Below are positions 30,729-41,179 of a stretch of 64,000 bases of DNA, in pieces. The notes beneath the pieces were generated by a model, which was not told the DNA's origin, made no database searches, and was given only the letters and a program-made list of their open reading frames with translations. Position numbers and translations under genes: made by a program. The stretch is taken from positions 448,001-512,000 of the forward strand of contig CAWCNY010000001.1 of NCBI GenBank assembly GCA_963797095.1, given 5' to 3'. Every line of letters begins with the position of its first letter. Position 1 is the first letter of the stretch. Origin of the DNA: an uncultured Chloroflexia bacterium (GTDB taxonomy: Bacteria > Chloroflexota > Chloroflexia > QHBQ01 > JADMIH01).

Positions 30729-32618
30729 CTACTGTGCAGGCTTGAGGTGCATCAGCACGAGGTTCCAGGTGAGTGAGTACGAATGCTCGTTCACGTAGTT
30801 ATCCTCGTTGGACGGCCAGCCGGTCCAGTAGGTCGTGTTCAGGGCGATGTTGTGTATATCCTCCACGAGCTGGATATCGGGAAGGTTAGGCAGCCAGATC
30901 GCCATGGCCTGGTGGTACAGGTCCTTCAACTTTGCCTGATCGTCCATAGGCGTAGCATACACCTGGTCGACGATTTTGTCATAATCCGCGTTCGACCACA
31001 GGGAGAAGTTGGCGCCGTTGACGCCCGGTACGGAAGTAGAACTGGACTGGTAGAGGCGCAGGGTCTCATATGGATCCTTGACGCTACCACCGTGACCGAA
31101 GATTGCCGCAGTATAAGTCCCCTTCTGGATCTGGGTGAAATTGTCGGGCGGCATAGAGAACGTAGCGTCAACGCCCTGCTTTTTCAACTGCTCTGCGACC
31201 ACGGGGGCAATCGACTGGATGAAGCTGAAGCTCAGGATGTCCATTTTTAGCTTGTTGCCGCTGGCATCAGCCCAGATACCGTCACTGCCCTTCGTCCAGC
31301 CCTTCTTCGTCAGGAGCGCGGCGCCCTTCTCGGGGTTGAACTCGTTCGTCGGGTATTTCTCGAGCAGGTCGTTTATGTTGTCAATGAACGGCTTGAGGCC
31401 GGGATACGGCGGCATAGGCAGCGGGGAAGCCACGCCGGCGCCCTGGTAGGCAACGTCCACAAGCTGCTTGCGGTCGATGAAGTAGCTCAGCGCCCAGCGC
31501 ACATCCGGATCGTCGAATGGCGGCTTGGTGTTATTTACGTAGAGGGAGATGGGCCACCAGTCTACGTACCCATACGGGAGCTCGCGCCCGCTGTGCGATG
31601 TGGCCTTGGGATTGCCCTCGAGGACCGACTTCATGTTTTGCACAGAGATACGGGCGTGATCCGCCTGGTTGCTCAAGACCGCCTGCGCAGCCTGGTCGGA
31701 GTCACCGAAAGGTAGGAGAATCAAGCGCTCGGGACCCGGCAGAGACTTGACTAGGCCGGTCTTGTAGGCCCACCAATCATCGCGTCGATCCCAGACTTTC
31801 TGCTCAGGAGATCCAAGAACGACCTTGTAAGGTCCAGTAGTTACAGGCCAGCCCTTGGCGAGGTCGTAGTCAGTGAAGCTAGTCCAGTCCTGGCCCTCGA
31901 AGATGTGCTTCGGTACGATGTAGACGCCGTTGTCCATCTTGAATTCCATGAAGAAGAAGAAGCGCGGGGCAGGGACGTTGAAGGTGATATCCACGGTTAG
32001 GGGATCGGTTGCTTTTGCTTCTGCGACGTAACGCTGGACGTCAGATCCCCACTGCACCTTCGAACCCAGTTCCTTCAGGGTGGTGAGCGTATAAGCAACG
32101 TCGTCAGCCGTGAACGGCTGGCCGTCGCTCCAGGTTACGTTGGGGCGGATCTTGATTGTCAGAGACTTGTAGTCAGGGCCATACTTGTAGCTCTCCGCCA
32201 GCCAAAGTATCTCCTGATCCGAGAAAGCGCTGTAGTAGGCGAGTGGCTCATAAACCACATTGTCGCCGAAGCCGGGGAACGCACCGATGGAGTAGGGATT
32301 CCAGTTGTTGTAGTCGGCCCACTTGTTCTCGGGGCCATTCTGGACATCGATCAGGGTCCGGTTTCGGGGCACATCTTTGAGTTGGCCCGACGACGCTGCC
32401 TGCGTGGCTGCGGGTGTGTCAGTGACGGCTGGCGCGGGCGCCGTAGTGGCAGCCGATGCGGCAGTAGGCGCTGATACCGCTGCAGCGGTATCGGTGGGGT
32501 TGGGCAGCACAGGCGTCGGGGTGGCTACAGTGGTTCCAAGATCGCAGCCAGCCAGCAAAGTGACAACCAAGAACGAAAGGAGTACCAGAAGCCGATTTCT
32601 ACGTTGCGCGCGAGACAT
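30729..32618 (-). CDS. Family-5 ABC substrate-binding lipoprotein (probably binds oligosaccharide)
   Basis: Lipobox LLAGC, Ala/Thr/Pro linker, WSDGQPFTADDV. Confidence 0.92.
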   Translation of the reverse strand: MSRAQRRNRLLVLLSFLVVTLLAGCDLGTTVATPTPVLPNPTDTAAAVSAPTAASAATTAPAPAVTDTPAATQAASSGQLKDVPRNRTLIDVQNGPENKWADYNNWNPYSIGAFPGFGDNVVYEPLAYYSAFSDQEILWLAESYKYGPDYKSLTIKIRPNVTWSDGQPFTADDVAYTLTTLKELGSKVQWGSDVQRYVAEAKATDPLTVDITFNVPAPRFFFFMEFKMDNGVYIVPKHIFEGQDWTSFTDYDLAKGWPVTTGPYKVVLGSPEQKVWDRRDDWWAYKTGLVKSLPGPERLILLPFGDSDQAAQAVLSNQADHARISVQNMKSVLEGNPKATSHSGRELPYGYVDWWPISLYVNNTKPPFDDPDVRWALSYFIDRKQLVDVAYQGAGVASPLPMPPYPGLKPFIDNINDLLEKYPTNEFNPEKGAALLTKKGWTKGSDGIWADASGNKLKMDILSFSFIQSIAPVVAEQLKKQGVDATFSMPPDNFTQIQKGTYTAAIFGHGGSVKDPYETLRLYQSSSTSVPGVNGANFSLWSNADYDKIVDQVYATPMDDQAKLKDLYHQAMAIWLPNLPDIQLVEDIHNIALNTTYWTGWPSNEDNYVNEHSYSLTWNLVLMHLKPAQ

Positions 32619-32861
32619 AGCAACTCTCCTCGCCAGTCTATCGTGGCATCAAAGACAGACTGACAATAACCTCCGGGCCTGCCTCGATCTTAAACGACTG
32701 CGAACCAGTCATAAGCTCACGTCGTCCAGATAAATACCTAACTCAGCTGGCCGAGGTGCAGAAACCTGACGTTATAGGAGGGGCCCAAGCGCTTGGTGCT
32801 CTCCATTGAACGCCAGCGAAGTCACAGGTCCATCCGGCGAGTTTGGACGGAGACACTCACC

Positions 32862-32914
32862 GTGAACGTTACCGTGAACGTTCACATCATACTACTGGAC
32901 GGCTTGCATGTCAA
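32862..32914 (-). promoter_or_regulatory. sigma70 promoter with tandem LacI-type operator
   Basis: Minus strand TTGACA (32914-32909), 17 bp, TATGAT (32891-32886), followed by the palindrome GTGAACGTTCAC (32874-32885) and a second copy GTGAACGTTACC (32862-32873). Confidence 0.85.
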
Positions 32915-33263
32915 GGGCTTACCAGACGAAAGGTGCCGAGAGATCTGGGCTTACCTCCATATCGAGCAAGAGAGTTCCGTTATCTCGTTGGCTTTCAGAT
33001 TAACCCGGTCGACTGCTCGGTAGGATAGTTATCTCGTGCGCTTGTACCTTCGCATTCGTAACCTCTTCTGGCGTTCGCCTGTGTGCCCTCGTACCATCGT
33101 CGCTGAGCACTTGCCCACTCTGGTTGCCCCAATGCCCGTCGCACCCTTCGTCAGAGGGAAATCGTGCGATTAGTTGGATTGGCGGTGGTGTGCTTATGGG
33201 TAGTGGTCTGGCTGAGCGACTGTAGCTGCTTGTAAGCCCATCTGTAAAGCACAGAATTATCTG

Positions 33264-34085
33264 GGATCTCCCGCGCTTTTGGTGAAGCAGCATGGCGGGC
33301 CTCAAACATTGTAGAATCTAGTGAGCAGCCTTCCAAATTTAATCCCCACTAATCCTCTGCTGCTCCTGGAAGACTATGCCGTGCTTGCTCAATTCTTATT
33401 GCCAGCGCCAGGAACCCTCGATTTGCGGGCCATCTTTGCTGATGCCACTGGCCTCACCCTCGTGGTGGCTACAACTGCCGCCCACGTATCTTGTCCTACT
33501 TGCGAGGAACCGACCACTCGCCGCCACAGCCACTATCAGCGCATGCTTGCTGATGTTCCCTGGGCCGCCCTTGCCGTCCGTCTGCACCTGCAGACCCGCC
33601 GCTTCTTCTGTCCCAATCCCTTCTGCCCACAGCGTATCTTCACTGAACGCTTTCCGGCGCTCGCTGCCCCTTCTGCCCGCCGTACCGCTCGCCTGACCAC
33701 CCTCTTGCACAGCGTGGGTCAGGCACTTGGTGGCGAACCCGGCGCTCGCCTCAGCCAACAGCTGAGCCTGCTTACAAACTTGCGCAGGAACTTGGGGCGA
33801 TAGTGCGCGAGCACAAGCGGATGGAGTTTGATGGTTGGCTCCAACAAGCACTAGACAGTGGAGTGGAGGAGATGGTACGATTCGCCCGTGGATTGCGGGG
33901 GGACTATGCAGCGGTAGCCGCAGCAATTGAACTGGCTTTTAGCAATGGACCGACGGAAGGCCACGTCAATCGCCTGAAAGCCGTCAAACGGACCATGTTC
34001 GGGCGGGCTAAGTTCGACTTACTACGCAAGAGGGTGCTCTATGCCAGTTGACAGCAGGTCCATTCACCAAAAGCGCGGGAGATCC
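33264..34085 (+). mobile_element. Internally deleted ISL3-family element
   Basis: Perfect 23-bp IRs GGATCTCCCGCGCTTTTGGTGAA; contains the N-terminal (CPTC...RHSHYQR..RRFFC, 33321-33803) and C-terminal (SNGPTEGHVNRLKAVKRTMFGRA, 33803-34051) transposase parts, catalytic core missing. Confidence 0.9.
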
Positions 34086-34596
34086 TGTGTGCTTTTTTGC
34101 GGACAATTCCGGCGCGCCCTGTATGATTTCTTAGGGCTTGGTGTCAGCTTTTTTATGATTGCCGGGCCTACAGCCGCGCGGTTAGAAGGCCAAATCAAAG
34201 GCTTGGCCTACAAGCTACTTCCTGCCTTGAGCATAGATTCGGTCTTGAGCCGCAAAAGGAGAAACATGAAGGGAAATGGGCCTCTATTCGGGCGTCCCGT
34301 CGCGCTCTCTTCTTTGAGCGAGGTGCTGTAGTTGCCAATCATGCACGCCGGCCAGCCAATCCTTGTCGAACGTGGCCGATGGCCCGATCCTTGGGTCGCC
34401 AGAGCCTCGAGCACTCGCAGCTGCGTGTCCGACAGCCGACCTCGGACAATAGCTGCACACAGGAGTGACGATGAACCGGTCAGAAGGGTGAAGTTCAAAC
34501 AGTGCCTCTGCTTTCATCATGATATACTTTGTGTCTGGATGAGCAGTAAGCCCAGCCATATATAGCTTAACCAAAAATCAGAAGAGGAAGGTCAGC

Positions 34597-35298
34597 ATGC
34601 TAGCGAAAAATCGCGCTGTCCACAATGACGACCTGAGCAAATTACCGCTATTCGAAGGGCTGAGCCACGCGGACCTGGCAACTGTCAACAATATGCTCCA
34701 CCGCAAGATATCTCCAGAAGGCACCAACTTTATAAGCTCCGATCAGCCGGGCGAAGTCGTCTACCTAATCGAGCACGGCACTGTAAAAGTGCATGCTGAG
34801 CAGGCAGACGGCACCGACGTCATAATCGCTATTCTGGGGCAAGGAGAAATAGTGGGCGAGATAGCCATCCTGGAAAAGACACCCCGCACCGCCAGCGTCG
34901 TAACGCTCGAGCGAACGCAGCTTCTATGGATGTCGGGTGCCGACTTCCTCCAATGTCTCAATACTATGCCTCTGATGTCCATAAACCTTCTGCGTATGCT
35001 CGCGAAAAGGCTACGCTTGTCGAGTGCGCAGATACAGTCACTGGCAGCCCATGACGTGTACGGGCGGGTAGCACGCCAGATATTGGCGTTTGCCCAGGAA
35101 TACGGTGACACAGCACCTAATGGAGACATTGTGATACCCCTGCGTATTACACAGAGCGAGATAGCAGAGCTGGTAGGGGCATCAAGAGTGCGCGTCAACC
35201 AGGTACTCGTCTACTATAAGCAGCAGAAGTATATCTCGGTGGACCAGCACCATCGGATAAGCGTTCGAAATTACCAGGCGTTGGCTCAACGACAATAG
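34597..35298 (+). CDS. Crp/Fnr-family transcriptional regulator
   Basis: cNMP-binding GEIAILEKTPRTASV; HTH ITQSEIAELVGASRVRVNQVL. Confidence 0.95.
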   Translation: MLAKNRAVHNDDLSKLPLFEGLSHADLATVNNMLHRKISPEGTNFISSDQPGEVVYLIEHGTVKVHAEQADGTDVIIAILGQGEIVGEIAILEKTPRTASVVTLERTQLLWMSGADFLQCLNTMPLMSINLLRMLAKRLRLSSAQIQSLAAHDVYGRVARQILAFAQEYGDTAPNGDIVIPLRITQSEIAELVGASRVRVNQVLVYYKQQKYISVDQHHRISVRNYQALAQRQ

Positions 35299-35900
35299 GC
35301 ACACTATATAGGAGGAGCCGCAAGGTTTTCGAGGAGCCGGACAACAGCGAGCAAATCACGAACGTGGTGTGTGGCCTTGGCATCGTCACGCGCCACAAAG
35401 GCAACAACAGAAAAGCCCGCGATTTGTTCGGCCTGGATCTGGCAACAGCGCCACTAGAGTGCTGCCATCTCCAATTCTCTGCACCTCATCGACTTCCCAA
35501 TTCACTCACTCGTTAGACTTTGACGCAGCCCGGAGCGGGCGTTCCTTGGTACTTGACGAGAGAGCAAACTCATGATAGTGTTTGCTATCCGGCGCTGCTG
35601 GAGGCGGGCTGCGTTTGCTGCCACACCTTTGAGACAGCCGTTATTCGTATTGCATGGTCGGATGGCGCAACGGTGAGCAGTTCTATGACGAGCTATTCAG
35701 CCCCTGGTCACCGCTGTATCTTCGAGGCCGCCCCAGCGTGGGGACTGTAGCATATTTGACTCCGGGAATATCAATCATTTGGCTGTAAGGGTTATGCCGC
35801 GCATCTATAATGACCTTGTAGGAAAGAGGTTCAGCATAACGTAGCGACCTCTAAGTGTTGTCAGGTCAGCAAAGAAGCATAAGACGAAAGGAGAAATGAA

Positions 35901-36260
35901 ATGGAGAAGAACGCCACCGATCAGAAAGTGCTGTTGCTTACAGACGAATCGGGGAGCCACTATGCGATCCCATTCGAGGCTCTCGAGCGATACCGAGTAA
36001 GTGATGAGCAAAGGTCCGAGATAGAAGGTCTGCTCGGCCCTGACGTCTCTGGCTACGGAATGTTTGAGCAGTCTGTGGCCGAGCACAGGGCTGCCCAGTA
36101 CCAGGCAGACAGGCAGGACGAGGCCGCCCGCGAGAGGCTTCTGAAATCGGCTGGAGAGAGTGCAGATGTTGAGGCAGGGTCGTTGCCGGGGCGTGGGTTC
36201 TTCACCGGGGTGGTGGCCACCTTGCGCTCTATGTCGCGTGTTGTACCCGAACAGGCGTAG
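35901..36260 (+). CDS. Small hypothetical protein (possible leader/core peptide precursor)
   Basis: RBS AAAGGAGA; acidic N-terminal region ending GPDVSGY, followed by a variable tail. Confidence 0.7.
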   Translation: MEKNATDQKVLLLTDESGSHYAIPFEALERYRVSDEQRSEIEGLLGPDVSGYGMFEQSVAEHRAAQYQADRQDEAARERLLKSAGESADVEAGSLPGRGFFTGVVATLRSMSRVVPEQA

Positions 36261-36542
36261 CTTATCACAAGGTTCTCTTTCTGGTTAGTCCCCGGTTGTT
36301 TCCTAGCTCTCTCGTAAAATAGGCGGCGGGTGTAGTCCATCCGCATCACTGTAGCGACGTAGAGGATAGGACGAAACGCTGCGAGCACTCCCCCCAGGCG
36401 ATTAGTGCTTCCCTGTCCCCCACGATGACCTTCTCCGCGCTGCCTTCGAAGCCAATGGCGATATGTCCTTAAGACGGTGGGCGATGCTTTCTGTACTGCT
36501 TTTCCCACAGCCCCTCAACTCGACTGATCTGAAAATCGTGGC

Positions 36543-38023
36543 TCAAGCTGCCTCAACCACGGGGGCCAGTGTCACCTGGAAGCCGAGTTTTTCAATCTGC
36601 TTCGCCAACCTTCTTGCGGTGGCCTCTGGTCTGCGCTTCTCGAAGTAATCAGCTCCCAACTCTCGATAGGGCTCCTTACGAAGGATAACATGGTAAGCTA
36701 TCACCAAAATCGAATGAGCTACCGCCACCAAAGCCCGCTTGTCCCCACGTCTGGTGACCAACCGCCGGTACTGGGCCGCCAGGTACGTCCCTCTGGTGCG
36801 TACCGCCGCCCGTGCTGCTTGCACAAGTCCCACCCGAAGCCACGCGTCTCCTTTGCGCGTCTTGCCCGACCGCCTCTTACCCGCACTCTCGTTGTTCCCA
36901 GGTGCCACTCCCGCCCAGGCTGCCAGGTGTCCGGCCGTCGGGAAACGGGTCATGTCCGTCCCGATCTCGGCCACCAACATCTCAGCCACCAACATCTCAG
37001 CCACCAACATCTCAGCCACCAACATCTCAGCCACCAACATCTCAGCCACCAACATCTCAGCCACCAACATCTCAGCCACCAACATCTCAGCCACCAACAT
37101 CTCAGCCACCAACATCTCAGCCACCAACATCTCAGCCACCAACATCTCAGCCACCAACATCTCAGCCACCAACATCTCAGCCACCAACATCTCAGCCAAC
37201 TCCCGCCCTACACCCGGGATTGTATCAAGCAAGCTGATCACCTCTTCGTTCCCATCAGCCTGACACGCTGCGCGGATCTCGTCATCAAAGTGGTCAATCG
37301 TTTCGTCCAGAGAGTCGATCTGGCACAACAACTCGGTCAACAGGAAGCGGTGATGAGGTCGCACTCTGCTTCTCAAGGCCCCTTCCAATTCGGAGCGTTT
37401 GCTGCGCAGCCTCCCCACCGCCAAACTGGCAAGCACTTTGGCATCGGTTTCGCCACTGATGATGGCCGTAAGGATCGCCCGCCCCGACACACCCATCACA
37501 TTGGTAGCTACATCGCCCAGCTTGAGGTTAGCTCCCTCACGTCCTTCGTCCTCAGCACTTTCTGCACACGGTTCACCAACGTAGCTCGCTGGCGCACGAA
37601 GTTGGTGCGCTCACGGGTCAAGTCTCGCAAGTCACGCTGAGATTGTGGTGGGATGAAGGAGGGCTGCACTAAACCATGACGCAGCAAATCAGCCAACCAC
37701 TCGGCGTCTTTGACATCTATCTTGCGGCCAGGCAGCTTCTTTACGTGCTGGGCATTGAGTACCCAGACAGTGAAATTGCCTTCCAACAGGTTGAAGATGG
37801 GTTTCCAATAGACCCCGGTGCTTTCGAGGGCTACATGTGTCACTCCCCCCTCGCTCAACCAGTCACTGAGATGCAGCAATTCGGGGATGGTGGTGCCAAA
37901 GGAGCGGGTCTGGGTCTCGCTGTGAGGCGACACAGTGGACCCTGCAAGCATTCGACACGCTACCACACTTTGTTTATGCACGTCCAATCCAGCGCAGCGC
38001 TCAAACATTACGTTCATCGCCAA
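36543..38023 (-). pseudogene. IS110 DEDD recombinase, frameshifted and repeat-expanded
   Basis: CAGLDVHK, ALESTGVYW, KIDVKDAEW, IPGVG, PGNNESAGK; a 14-bp insertion near 37540 shifts the frame; 15 copies of AEMLV inserted. Confidence 0.92.
36970..37194. repeat. 15-bp perfect tandem repeat x15
   Basis: (GCCACCAACATCTCA)15, in-frame in the IS110 transposase. Confidence 0.97.
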
Positions 38024-38029
38024 TACCTC

Positions 38030-38325
38030 CTGAGTTCATTGAGCTCAACAAGGGCGAGTTGTCGAGGCTGGATATCGGCGGGGAGGAGGATACCCGATGG
38101 ATCAGAAACTGATCTACGCGCTTCCAGCTTCCATTGCACAGAGTGGGCCGTGGAAAACGGAGCAGCAAATGGTGGTGCTTGCGGGTATCCGGGTCAGTCT
38201 TTGTATCAGGCTCATAGCACCAAGTCGAGGCGACCGCATGGTTCGCCGAATCCATCCATTGCTAGCATACATCTATACACCCATTTTCATCCGGGGTGGT
38301 GACCGTGACCCGGGGGTCATGGCGT
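38030..38325 (-). ncRNA. Putative IS110 bridge RNA
   Basis: Minus strand GGTCGC-CTCGACT-tggtgctatgagcctga-TACAAAG-ACTGACC; the two guides match both halves of the reconstructed target CTCGA-CT-TTGTA. Transcript ends are approximate. Confidence 0.7.
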
Positions 38326-38851
38326 CTTTGTACACTTTCAGTATTGCGGCCAAACACGAACTTCGATATCTTCATTCGCACGCGCGAGAGTTTTCAACAT
38401 CCCCCCTTCGCGTGATGCGTGAAAAAGCCTCGAACGAGTACTCGAGTACTGGTGCCCGCACGAACCATGCCCCTCAGTAAGCTGCAAAAGTGTACAAAGT
38501 CGAGCTCAGGCTCTGCAAGCTGCCTTCAATGCCCGGTACTCGCCCCATTCAGAGCAGTGGCCTTCGGAAACCGGGCATATGAAGGTGCGCATGGCGCTAT
38601 TTGTACGGGCAGCCACGAAGCGAAGAGGGGATTACTTCAGCCAACCTGTCAATCGCTTGGCTGGCCTCCTTTCTGCCGGGCGCGGCGGGCAGGGGCTCTT
38701 GTTCTTGTCCGATCCCGCATATCAATAGCCTCCCGTTGCAGCCTACTCCATGGACAGGCAGAGAAAAGGAGATGGCTGCTATTGAGATTCTGCTGTTTGG
38801 GGCATGGGGCAGCCGAGGCGATGTAATTGCCGGCAATGGAGGGTCGTCCAT

Positions 38852-39757
38852 ATGGATAATGAACCTAGAATGGCGTCCTATGACGAGGCTGAGCACGCGC
38901 AGAGGACGATTGAGCAGCAGGCCCGGGAGATAGAGCACCTGCGACGCCGCCTTGCCGACGAGCAGGTGGCGACCCAACTTCGACAAGCTCTGGCACTAGT
39001 CTCGATGACCGGCACAATAGCCTCGCCAGTCAGTCACAATCATCTTCTCGAGATGATCGTCGAGACAGCTGCTCAGGTCATCGAGGCAAGTGCCGCCTCC
39101 CTCTTCCTCACAGATCACGAGAGCCAGCAACTCGTGTTCGAAGTGGCGCTGGGTGAGAAGGGCCAAGAGGTAAAGAAGTTCACCGTTCCGATGGGCCATG
39201 GTATCGCTGGCCTGGTGGCGGTGAGCGGCCAACCCATGGCTATCTCCAACGCCCAACAAGACCCTCGTCAAGCGGCAGACATAGCTAAGAGTGTTGGCTA
39301 TATGCCCGAGAGCATCCTCTGCGTGCCCCTCTTCTACAACGAGGAGATAATCGGCGTGCTCGAGTTGCTCGACAAAAAAGGTGCGCCGTCCTTTGATGCT
39401 GCCGATATGCACCTGCTAGGTGTCTTTGCGAGACAGGCCGCCGTCGCTATCGAGCAATCGCTTACTCACCACAACTTGGCTGCCCTCGTAGCCGAGGTGC
39501 TGGCCTCGCTCGGCAACGTGCCCGAGCAGCAAAAGAAGTCATTGCAGGCGAGCATCAGGACCTTCGTGGGCAACATGGAAGCCGATCTGACTTACCGCCA
39601 GGCGCTGGAGCTTGCCCGGCTCGTGCAGGAGATAGCCACACAAGGCAATGGTGAGTTGAAGGCTTGCCGCGCCATCCTTGAAAGCTTTGCGGAATACCTG
39701 CGCTCGCGCCCAGCTATTCTCAGCGAGAGCGACGAAGCAGGAGGGGTGTGGGGATGA
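38852..39757 (+). CDS. GAF-domain protein without output domain
   Basis: N-terminal coiled coil, GHGIAGLVA, SILCVPL, IIGVLELLDK, FDAADMHLL; RBS GGAGGG. Confidence 0.88.
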   Translation: MDNEPRMASYDEAEHAQRTIEQQAREIEHLRRRLADEQVATQLRQALALVSMTGTIASPVSHNHLLEMIVETAAQVIEASAASLFLTDHESQQLVFEVALGEKGQEVKKFTVPMGHGIAGLVAVSGQPMAISNAQQDPRQAADIAKSVGYMPESILCVPLFYNEEIIGVLELLDKKGAPSFDAADMHLLGVFARQAAVAIEQSLTHHNLAALVAEVLASLGNVPEQQKKSLQASIRTFVGNMEADLTYRQALELARLVQEIATQGNGELKACRAILESFAEYLRSRPAILSESDEAGGVWG

Positions 39758-40593
39758 TTCGTCCTGCCTGGAGCCAGCAGTTCGTCGCGGATGCTCTCAA
39801 GGAACTCAGCCCGATCCTGCCTATTGATAACGTTACAGCCGAATGGGCCTGGGGAGGCAGCACGGGCAAGGGCGTGAAGGTTGCCATCATCGATAGCGGC
39901 ATCGAGGCTTCCCATCCTGCCATAGGCGGCAGGGTCAGGGGGTACGTTTCCATCGCCGAAGGTCCGGATGGCCCTGTTTACAACACCGAAGCACATGAGG
40001 ACGCCTATGGGCATGGAACCGCCTGTGCCGGCATCGTGCGCACGTTGGCTCCTGATTGCGATCTTTATAGCGTGCAGGTGCTGGGACCGGCGCTGACTGG
40101 GCGCGGCGCTATTTATGTTGCAGGGCTGCGCTGGGCTGTCCAGCACGGCATGAATGTGTGCAACATGAGCCTGGGCACCACCAAGAAGGAGTTCTACGCG
40201 GCGCTGCACGAGCTTGCTGACCTTGCTTCTTTTCGCAATACGATGCTGGTCACAGCGGCCAATAACATGCCTATCCCGAGCTTCCCCTCCATGTTTGCCT
40301 CCGTCATCTCGGTCGCCGCCCACGACCTGAAAGAACCGGGAGTCTTCTTCTATAACCCACAGCCTCCTGTCGAGTTTGGCGCGCCGGGTATCGACGTGCA
40401 GGTGCCCTGGCGAGGCGGCGGTTGGATTACAGCCACAGGCAATAGCTTTGCCGCGCCGCACATGGCAGGCCTGGTCACGCGAATACTCGCCAAGCACCCA
40501 GATCTTACCGTCTTTCAGATGAAGGTGATCTTGCGTGCCCTTGCCGCAAACATGTTCCACCAGGAAGACGAACGAGCACGTAGAACAGGCTGA
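39754..40593 (+). CDS. S8 subtilisin-like serine peptidase, cytoplasmic, minimal
   Basis: Triad IIDSG, GHGTACAG, TGNSFAAPH; no signal peptide; ATGA overlap with the GAF gene. Confidence 0.92.
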   Translation: MIRPAWSQQFVADALKELSPILPIDNVTAEWAWGGSTGKGVKVAIIDSGIEASHPAIGGRVRGYVSIAEGPDGPVYNTEAHEDAYGHGTACAGIVRTLAPDCDLYSVQVLGPALTGRGAIYVAGLRWAVQHGMNVCNMSLGTTKKEFYAALHELADLASFRNTMLVTAANNMPIPSFPSMFASVISVAAHDLKEPGVFFYNPQPPVEFGAPGIDVQVPWRGGGWITATGNSFAAPHMAGLVTRILAKHPDLTVFQMKVILRALAANMFHQEDERARRTG

Positions 40594-40679
40594 CATGAAT
40601 GATGGCTGAATTGCGGCGCTGCCGATTGTGCCATACCTCGATATGGTCGAGGATCGACCGGTGTGCTTGAGCCCTCCAT

Positions 40680-41125
40680 GCGTAAGCGCCGGTCGCATAC
40701 TCAGCCTTGAGGGTTGATCAAAAGCTCTCGACTATTGTGTTTACTGCGTTGTCGTGACAATCCCCCTTCCCGCTCATGCTCAGGTCCATGTGGTGCGCGC
40801 GGAGCAACTGCTGGTAGCCGCGCGAAGCGTACTGACTATCTCCACCAGTTCATTCGGATGACTCTGGGCTTGGCAGTCCTGGTGCTTGGGAAGGCTTGCT
40901 CCAGGTTACCCCCTCCTTATTGAGTACCTCCTCCCACGGGTGCAGTTACCCTTGGTACAGACCCGGTTCTCGTTCCAACTCAGTCTTGGTTTTGCCGCTG
41001 CTTTTCAGCAACCACAGTGCCTCTAACTTGAACTCGTTGCTGTATACTTTCTTCAGTGGCCTTGCTGGCCTTGCTGGCCTTGCTGGTCCTGTCGGTTGGA
41101 TGGATTGGGACTTGTCAGGTATCAT
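40680..41125 (-). pseudogene. Degraded IS3-family remnant (orfA HTH + orfB integrase fragments)
   Basis: KKVYSNEFKLEALWLLKSSGKTKTELERE and [12 protein letters not shown]...[21 protein letters not shown]. Confidence 0.75.
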
Positions 41126-41179
41126 TTAGTGGTCCCTCCATATTGTGGGCCTGAGTCTTTCTCAGCCCACAATATGGGG

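Larger units (their letters stand above)
36526..38327 (-). mobile_element. IS110-family element with CT core
   Basis: CT duplicated at both ends (36524-36525, 38326-38327); transposase plus about 300 nt of upstream non-coding end. Confidence 0.85.
36519..38504. mobile_element. About 184-bp MITE-like element whose left IR is split by IS110
   Basis: Removing 36526-38327 rebuilds CTCGACTTTGTACACTTT, the exact reverse complement of AAAGTGTACAAAGTCGAG (38487-38504); flanks ctcaa / ctcag. Confidence 0.75.

Noticed and set aside
34100-34574. Short ORFs upstream of crp (e.g. LSDTQLRVLEALAT)
   Set aside because: Only a faint HTH-like resemblance, with no coherent frame or RBS.
36690-37640. Plus-strand ORFs with HQHLS / ATNIS / QPPTS repeats as real proteins
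   Set aside because: They are alternative frames of the stop-free 15-bp repeat inside the minus-strand IS110 gene.
39592-40698. 368-aa minus-strand ORF and other long antisense ORFs
   Set aside because: These are shadows of well-supported genes on the opposite strand in GC-rich DNA.
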